Under the pieces are notes generated by a model. It was not told the DNA's origin. It saw only the letters and a program-made list of their open reading frames with translations, and ran no database searches. From positions 160,001 through 224,000 of the forward strand of contig CAWGMK010000013.1 in assembly GCA_963823655.1 (NCBI GenBank): a stretch of 64,000 nt of DNA, read 5' to 3'. The stretch is from an uncultured Bacillota bacterium (GTDB lineage: Bacteria; Bacillota; DTU025; MWDF01). Both the position numbers and the translations under genes were made by a program. Position 1 is the stretch's first letter, and each line of letters begins with the position of its first letter. Shown piece after piece: positions 57,683-64,000 of the stretch.

Positions 57683-58966
57683 TTATGCCTTTCGAATAAT
57701 ATTTCCCTCTTCGATCAAAATCTCCTCTAGCGTGGAGACTATTTCGCCATCATATAGGCTACCAGACAGGCTTTTTAGCTCAGATATGGCATCCGAATGT
57801 GGCATCCCCTTGCGATAAGCCCTGTCAGAAGTCATAGCGTCATAAGAATCGGCAACGGCGACAACTTTCGCTTCAAGCCTTATCTGATCTGCTTTTAGCC
57901 CCTTGGGGTATCCCGAGCCGTCCAGCCTTTCATGATGTTGCTCGACAATGCTCGTTATCTCTTTTTCGAACTTGCTGCTGAGCATTTTTACGCTGTCGCT
58001 CGGATGCTGCCTGATAAATTCGAATTCAAGGCTGCTGAGCCTTCCTGCCTTGTTCAATATCTCGTCCGGGATATAGACCTTCCCGATGTCGTGGAATAGG
58101 GAGGCCACCGCAAGAGTCAGAAGTTTGTCGTTCGACAGGCCCATCCGGGCAGCGATTTTGAGGGAATACTGCTCGACTCGGATGCTGTGGTTGTGGGTAT
58201 ATATGTCCTTCTGCTCGTACTGGAAAAGTAGCTTATTTAAATCATCCATAAAGTCCAGAAGGTAATCGAAGATCGGCTTGGAAGTGATGTAAAGTACCTT
58301 CGCGCTGTCCTCGGCGGTAAAAGATAGGGCATGGTCCAGGTCGTATACATAGAAGCTGTCGCCCTGCTGCATATGATAGACTGCCTCATTGTCTTTTAAA
58401 TCGAAAGTCCCGTTCAATACATAGAAGAACTCCAGAAGGTCCGGGGCATCGCCTGGCGTTACGCAACCGGGTCTTTTGCCGAATATCTCCTGCAGCATGA
58501 TATCAAGGCCGCCGCCGCTTGCTAGAAGGCTAAGAGCGTTGTTGTCCTGAGAAGCACGATTAATGCAACCACGGCCCATAATATAAAGGCCGCCGCCCGG
58601 GGCGCGCCTCTTCGGGTCTTCCGAGTAGCTTACATTCATCTGCTTTGTTATGGAGATATTGCTAGCGATTAGAAGCTTTGCCCTGTTGCTTACCGAGACC
58701 AGGACTGCCTTCCTCAGGTTGTGAGTGTAGAAATACTCTCCCGCTTCAAGTTGGACTTTAAAGCCCCCGGACTCTATGATCACGTCGCCCTCAAGCACAT
58801 AAAAGAACTCAAGTAGGTCTTCAAATATCGTTGGCTTGATTTGCAGCGGAGAATCGCTTTCTACCTGCATTACGGATATCCTGACATTGGCCCTGTTAAC
58901 AAGAATCCTCTCCTGTTTTCCGGGTCCCAGCTCATATGAGGTTTCACTTAAGAAGAGCTTCTTCAT
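57683..58966 (-). CDS. HD-GYP cyclic dinucleotide phosphodiesterase with two N-terminal cupin domains
   Basis: LEFFYVL.G repeated twice; T..HS.RV, HDIGK, HHERLDGSGYP, DSYDAMTSDRAYR. Confidence 0.92.
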   Translation of the reverse strand: MKKLFLSETSYELGPGKQERILVNRANVRISVMQVESDSPLQIKPTIFEDLLEFFYVLEGDVIIESGGFKVQLEAGEYFYTHNLRKAVLVSVSNRAKLLIASNISITKQMNVSYSEDPKRRAPGGGLYIMGRGCINRASQDNNALSLLASGGGLDIMLQEIFGKRPGCVTPGDAPDLLEFFYVLNGTFDLKDNEAVYHMQQGDSFYVYDLDHALSFTAEDSAKVLYITSKPIFDYLLDFMDDLNKLLFQYEQKDIYTHNHSIRVEQYSLKIAARMGLSNDKLLTLAVASLFHDIGKVYIPDEILNKAGRLSSLEFEFIRQHPSDSVKMLSSKFEKEITSIVEQHHERLDGSGYPKGLKADQIRLEAKVVAVADSYDAMTSDRAYRKGMPHSDAISELKSLSGSLYDGEIVSTLEEILIEEGNIIRKA

Positions 58967-59003
58967 CTTACCCTCTTATTCGCGATGTATGCAGTTAATA
59001 ACC

Positions 59004-59435
59004 CTACTTTTCCGCTTTAGCTTCCTGAATCGCTTTTTGAATCACTTCAAGCGCGCAGGCTTTCTTCTCAATGATTATACCTTGAAAAAGGTTGGAAGAA
59101 ACCGCTTTAAGCTTTTCTGATAGCTCTGTTTGAAGCATTTCACCCAATTCAGTAAGCAATACCATGCTCGATCTGCTGTCCGACACTTTTCTGCTCCTAA
59201 TAAGCAGGCCTTTTGCCTCAAGCTTGTCAAGGGTGTAGGTAGCAGAACCGCTCGAAAGGCTGATCTTTGAAGCAAGCTGCTGAACTCCGATACCCGGGTT
59301 CTCATTAACGGCCTTAAGCAAGCAGTATTCTGTCCAGCCGGCGTTTTCGGAGCCGTCTTCATGATTCAAGGCCCTTGATAAAGCGCGTTGCAAGGCGCAA
59401 ATGGATAGGGCTAGGTCCAGATCTTCGTAAAGCAT
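59004..59435 (-). CDS. MarR-family regulator (MhqR-like)
   Basis: QQLA.KI.LSSGS.TY.LDKLE.KGL..R....D.R....LTE.G winged helix. Confidence 0.85.
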   Translation of the reverse strand: MLYEDLDLALSICALQRALSRALNHEDGSENAGWTEYCLLKAVNENPGIGVQQLASKISLSSGSATYTLDKLEAKGLLIRSRKVSDSRSSMVLLTELGEMLQTELSEKLKAVSSNLFQGIIIEKKACALEVIQKAIQEAKAEK

Positions 59436-59464
59436 TGGATCACTCCTCCATAAATATTTAACAT

Positions 59465-59509
59465 TATGACTATCTTGAAATCAAGATTATTTGAAGTAAT
59501 ATAGTCATA
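59465..59509. promoter_or_regulatory. Probable MarR operator
   Basis: Perfect ATCTTGA-AA-TCAAGAT (59472-59487) plus an outer inverted repeat TATGACTAT...ATAGTCATA between divergent genes. Confidence 0.7.
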
Positions 59510-59533
59510 TACGAAAATTCGGAGGTAGATGTT

Positions 59534-60376
59534 ATGGCGACTAAGAAAAAGACAAACCTAAGATTGATAGCGCAGGTTCTTTTCTTTCTGATAATCGCGG
59601 CAATAACGATAAACCATGGGCTAGCAGAGCAGCAGGCCGGTATTGAGGGTATTCCCGCGGCTTCAATCCATGCCGTTTGCCCGTTCGGCGGAGTTGTGAG
59701 CATTTACAGATTTGTTACGGCTGGCTCATATGTACAGAAGATACATGAGGCATCCTTTGCGCTCATGGTAATTGTCTTCTTCTCTGCAGTGCTCTTCGGC
59801 CCCATTTTCTGCGGTTGGGTCTGCCCGTTCGGAAGCTTCCAGGAATGGGTTGGGAAGCTTGGCAAGAAGATATTCAAACGTAGGTACAACACTTTCATCC
59901 CTTCGAAGATTGACAAGATTTTAGGGCTCCTTCGCTACGTTGTGCTTATATGGGTAGTATATGTCACTGCGGTAAGCGCCAAGCTGGTATTTGCAACATA
60001 CGATCCATACAACGCCCTGTTCTCGTTCTGGACATCTGAGGCGCAAGTCGCCGGCATAGTAGTGTTGCTGTTTGTGATTGCAGCCTCATTGTTCGTCGAA
60101 AGGCCATGGTGCAAATATGCTTGTCCTTACGGCGCGCTTCTCGGATTGACCAACTTCATAAGGCCCTTCTCGATCAGGCGCAATGCGAAGACGTGTATTT
60201 CCTGCGGAAAGTGCGACAAAGTGTGCCCTATGAACATTGAAGTATCGAAGTCCGGCAGCGTTAGAGATCCTCGCTGCATAAGCTGCCTCGAGTGCACATC
60301 TGAGGCCGCTTGCCCGATCAAAGAAACAGTTGAGCTTTCAATAGCAAAGCCGGGGAGGTCCGAACATGAAGCTTAA
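59534..60376 (+). CDS. Membrane 4Fe-4S protein (NapH/MauN/YccM-like)
   Basis: CPFGG, FCGWVCPFG, WCKYACPYG, two ferredoxin motifs and several TM helices. Confidence 0.9.
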   Translation: MATKKKTNLRLIAQVLFFLIIAAITINHGLAEQQAGIEGIPAASIHAVCPFGGVVSIYRFVTAGSYVQKIHEASFALMVIVFFSAVLFGPIFCGWVCPFGSFQEWVGKLGKKIFKRRYNTFIPSKIDKILGLLRYVVLIWVVYVTAVSAKLVFATYDPYNALFSFWTSEAQVAGIVVLLFVIAASLFVERPWCKYACPYGALLGLTNFIRPFSIRRNAKTCISCGKCDKVCPMNIEVSKSGSVRDPRCISCLECTSEAACPIKETVELSIAKPGRSEHEA

Positions 60377-61396
60377 TAAACTTGGGGCATTCATTGCCGT
60401 AATCGTAATAGTGCTCGGCGGGGCGCTGCTAGCAAACGCCCTGGGCCTTTTCGCAGTCGAGAGTGAGAAAGAAGCGGCTTTGATAAAGACCGGCGACTTC
60501 GCAGGGCTTGCCGATCCTAACGATATTAGAGGCTCATATTCCTTTGCGGATATAGAAACCAATTTCGGGGTTTCGCCCGAACTTCTCGCAAAGGCTTTCG
60601 CAATAGAGGGGACTCCGGCGGAGTTAGCTGCCTACCAGTGCAAAGGCCTAGAAGAGAAGTACATCGATGCGCCGGAAGAGATCGGCACATCCTCTGTGCG
60701 GCTATTTGTGGCGTTCCTGCTGGGCATGCCAGTGGAACTAGGGTCGTTCCTGCCTGAAAGCGCAGTAGAAGTGCTCTTCGAGAATGCAGCTTCACTGACA
60801 CCCGAAAGAGAGCAATACTTAAAAGAACATACAATAGTAATCGGAGATTCATCTTCTTTGGATACTGATCCAAGCACTGCACCGGCAACTTCGACAGCAC
60901 AAGCCGATCGGTGAAACAGTAGAGGAAACAGCCGAGGAGCAGCCCAAGCAAACAACAGTCGCAGCCGCAGTTCCTGTTAAATCAAGCGTTACAGTAGCAA
61001 CGCAAGAGAAGGCGACTGTTGCGGCACCGGTTGTTAGCAAAGAAGCTAAGAGCGGCTGTGCCATCCAATCCTGAACCTGTTCAAACAACTTCAACCACAA
61101 CACAAGCAGTAGAAACGGCAGGCGCTCCAGAGGCGAACGCCCCTGTTGCCGATGCTCCTGCAGTCGCAGCGACGGAAGAGCATGTGTCAAGCAAGGAAGT
61201 CGGCACAGTTAAAGGGAGCACTACCATTTTTGACATGATGAGCTGGGGCGTCAAGCGCGAGGACATCGGCCCTTCCGTTGGAATTGAACTCCCCTCCGAC
61301 AACGGAGCAAAGCTTAAGGATCTTATAACTGAAGCGGGCAAATCCTTCGATGAGTTGAAAATAATACTTCAGAAACTGGTTGATGAGGCCAAATAA
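60366..61396 (+). CDS. Membrane-anchored protein with two related small domains and an A/T/P-rich linker (frameshifts at ~60900 and ~61040)
   Basis: N-terminal TM; DIRGSYSFADI and TVKGSTTIFDM domains; low-complexity linker across frames. Confidence 0.65.
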
Positions 61397-61413
61397 GGAA
61401 GTGAACTTACCCT

Positions 61414-62106
61414 GTGTCGAGCAAGATTCTAATAGTCGAGGATGAAAGCCAGATAGCTGACATTATCATCGCCTACATGAAGCGCGATGGCTATGTAACT
61501 GAGTGGGCACGTGACGGAGCGGAGGGCCTGGAGAAGTTCAGGTCCTTCGCGCCTGATCTCGTTATTCTTGATCTTATGCTGCCGTTTATTAAAGGCGAGG
61601 AAGTGATCAGGCGCATAAGAGAAAGCTCCTCCCTTCCGGTCATAATGCTGACTGCAAAATCATCGGAAAGCGATATCGTATCCGGACTTGATCTGGGAGC
61701 AGACGATTACCTGCCTAAGCCATTCAGCCCCAGGGAGCTGTCTGCAAGGGTGAAGGCGCTTCTTAGAAGGTTCGAAGCCCTAAGCGCCGCAAAGCATAAG
61801 ATTATCAAACTCGGAGAGCTGAGCATCGACATCTCAAGGAAAGAAGTAGTGCGGGATGGGAGCCCAATCAAGCTGACGAAGAACGAGTATGTGCTGCTTG
61901 AAACCCTGATTCTCCACAAGGAGAGGACGCTTACCAGAGATGAGCTGATAAGCTCCGCATTGGGCAGCGACTTTGAAGGCTATGACCGGACCATCAATTC
62001 ACATATCAAGAACCTGAGAAAGAAGATTGCGGCGGAAGGCGACCAGACCGAATACATTGAGACAGTGCACGGCATAGGGTACAGGATAAGCGGAGGGCTT
62101 TTATGA
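61414..62106 (+). CDS. OmpR-family response regulator (BaeR/CopR-like)
   Basis: ILIVEDE, LDLMLP, MLTAK, GADDYLPKPFSP, IETVHGIGY. Confidence 0.95.
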   Translation: MSSKILIVEDESQIADIIIAYMKRDGYVTEWARDGAEGLEKFRSFAPDLVILDLMLPFIKGEEVIRRIRESSSLPVIMLTAKSSESDIVSGLDLGADDYLPKPFSPRELSARVKALLRRFEALSAAKHKIIKLGELSIDISRKEVVRDGSPIKLTKNEYVLLETLILHKERTLTRDELISSALGSDFEGYDRTINSHIKNLRKKIAAEGDQTEYIETVHGIGYRISGGLL

Positions 62107-63524
62107 GAATAGGGCTGAGGACAAAGGTCTCATTCATATACGCTCTGATAATTGCCCTTACAATAGGGGTCACTTACTTCGGCATAGACTACATGGTTAA
62201 GGAGACTTTCGGCGCCTATCTTGAAAAGAGGATAAAAGCTGAGCAGCAGGAGATCATAAATTCGCTGCCAAGCGCCTACAGTATCTTGGGCGGCTGGGAC
62301 ACCGAAAGGATTTTAAGCCTTGCCGAGAAGGCCGTGGGCAAGGGCATGACAATCGTCATTAGGGACGAGCAGGGGATCTATGTTGCTGGTACCGTCGGCT
62401 CAGGAATGGGCATGATGGGGCAAAGGCGCGGCCAGATGATGGGGGTGAGGGCCAATCCCTACATAACTGCCGATGTCCTGCCAATAACAGTGGATGACGT
62501 GGTTGTAGGCACGGCGGAGGTCGCATATCAGAACATATACCTTACAGATGCAGATACGGAGTTCCTGCTGAAATTCAACCGTTTCCTTGTTTACTCAGGC
62601 CTGGCCCTTGCGGCCTTATCGATATTGATGGCGATAGCTTTTGCCGACAGCATAAGCCGGCCGATAATCAAAGTCCTGGACATGGCAGGAAGGCTCGGCA
62701 AGGGAAATTATAAAGACAAGATCGAGGCGGCAAGCAGCACGCGGGAGATTGCGCAGCTTTACGAGGGCATGAATACGCTTGCTGACGAGATGAGCGGCCA
62801 GGAAGCCCTCAGAAGGCGCATGGCCGGGGATATTTCCCACGAAATAAAAACTCCGCTCACAATCATGAAGGCGCACCTTGAGGCAATGGCGGACGGTGTT
62901 GTGCCGCTCGAGAGGGAGAACCTTGCGGCAAGCCTTTCGGAACTCGACAGGCTATCCGAGATGACCAGCATGCTGGATAAGATAACGCGCATTGAAAGCG
63001 GGATTGAGGCCTTGGCTATTGGAAGCTGCGAAATCAAAGAATTGGTCAAAACGGCCTCTGAGGCAATGAAACCGCTCTTCGAGGCGAAAGGAATATCCTT
63101 CTCGACTAATCTTGAGGACTCCGAGAGGCAGATGCTTCTGGACTGCGAGAAGATTCGCAGGGCGCTAGACAACCTGCTTATGAACGCGATGAAATATACT
63201 GAAGCCGGCGGCAGCGTAGATGTCGCGTTAGAGTACTCCGAATCTGAAACCGCGATCCTTGTTACGGATACCGGCATGGGCATAGACGCGAAAGACCTTC
63301 CGTTCATTTTCGACAGGCTGTACAGGGCCGATAAATCAAGGGACAGGAAGACGGGGGGCGCCGGCATAGGCCTCTCGCTTGCCAAGAGCATCGTGGAAGC
63401 ACATGGCGGAAAGCTTTCCGTGGAGAGTGAGAAAGGGACAGGTAGCTGCTTCAGGATCAGCCTTCCGCACTCTTCTGAGCACTCACATTATCACTCATTG
63501 GAGGAATGTAAGATTTCCCTTTGA
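62103..63524 (+). CDS. HAMP sensor histidine kinase (BaeS/CopS-like)
   Basis: Two TMs, SHEIKTPL, NLLMNAMKY, D.G.GI, GAGIGL. Confidence 0.95.
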   Translation: MRIGLRTKVSFIYALIIALTIGVTYFGIDYMVKETFGAYLEKRIKAEQQEIINSLPSAYSILGGWDTERILSLAEKAVGKGMTIVIRDEQGIYVAGTVGSGMGMMGQRRGQMMGVRANPYITADVLPITVDDVVVGTAEVAYQNIYLTDADTEFLLKFNRFLVYSGLALAALSILMAIAFADSISRPIIKVLDMAGRLGKGNYKDKIEAASSTREIAQLYEGMNTLADEMSGQEALRRRMAGDISHEIKTPLTIMKAHLEAMADGVVPLERENLAASLSELDRLSEMTSMLDKITRIESGIEALAIGSCEIKELVKTASEAMKPLFEAKGISFSTNLEDSERQMLLDCEKIRRALDNLLMNAMKYTEAGGSVDVALEYSESETAILVTDTGMGIDAKDLPFIFDRLYRADKSRDRKTGGAGIGLSLAKSIVEAHGGKLSVESEKGTGSCFRISLPHSSEHSHYHSLEECKISL

Positions 63525-63550
63525 CGAACCCCTGTTCAATTATCTATAAT
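63521..63550 (+). promoter_or_regulatory. SigA promoter of the tRNA gene
   Basis: TTGACG-N18-TATAAT, 7 nt before the tRNA. Confidence 0.8.
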
Positions 63551-63557
63551 ATGCATT

Positions 63558-63632
<75 letters not shown>

Positions 63633-63776
63633 TTAGGTGGATTGTGGGGCGGCGTCTTGTGGCGCCGCTTTATTCTATCTAAAATAGAGTAAAGAAGGAT
63701 TCAAGTCTCATTGGTAGAAGTAGTACATGGTAAAGCTCTTGCTGAGTTATACAATCTTCTCGGAAGGTGGACGCTA

Positions 63777-63962
63777 ATGAAAAGGATCCGATGCGACACG
63801 TGCGGAAGGTTCATACCGAAGGAACGGCTTGAAGCCCTGCCCGGAACCCACAGGTGTATCGAATGTGCCAGAAGACTTGGCACTGACGTACAGGGGAAGA
63901 AGGCCGATATCAGTATGGACCCCGATACATACAAGGATCTTCTGGGAGCCACCAGGAGCTAA
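63777..63962 (+). CDS. Small TraR/DksA C4-type zinc-finger protein
   Basis: CDTCG..IP.ERLEALP....CIEC. Confidence 0.85.
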   Translation: MKRIRCDTCGRFIPKERLEALPGTHRCIECARRLGTDVQGKKADISMDPDTYKDLLGATRS

Positions 63963-64000
63963 GAAAGATAAGCATTGCAAGCAATCCGGATGGCCGCGGG

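Overview
Chromosomal window from an anaerobic Bacillota-like bacterium, judged from a perfect CIRCE element, a T-box before glyQS and the gene order recO-glyQS-ppdK-dgt-dnaG-rpoD-tRNA. It begins with the 3' part of an rRNA operon (16S-23S-5S). Housekeeping genes follow: an AddAB-like pair, groESL, pyk, yebC-ruvCAB-queH-recO, glyQS, ppdK-dgt-dnaG-rpoD, a MATE transporter, glpK and two tRNAs. Many essential genes carry 1-bp frameshifts that look like long-read assembly errors. The main accessory feature is a ~17 kb locus between glyS and ppdK with two tandem cassettes. Each cassette is a giant secreted protein (2235 and ~2798 aa) built from ~320-aa three-domain Fn3/Ig-like modules, followed by a small acidic NTF2/SnoaL-like lipoprotein. 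The giants diverge over most of their length. They share a 1460-bp near-identical tract (4 differences found) covering the last ~270 aa, the C-terminal peptide NQRTGFGFGRFRPALND, the whole lipoprotein gene and the terminator. Neither giant has a recognisable wall anchor, so this is a candidate undescribed surface-display system (C-terminal tag plus partner lipoprotein) with domain shuffling between the genes. Also notable is a GEMM-I riboswitch with the A20 (c-AMP-GMP-type) signature, placed between a cupin-HD-GYP gene and a small secreted-protein gene.
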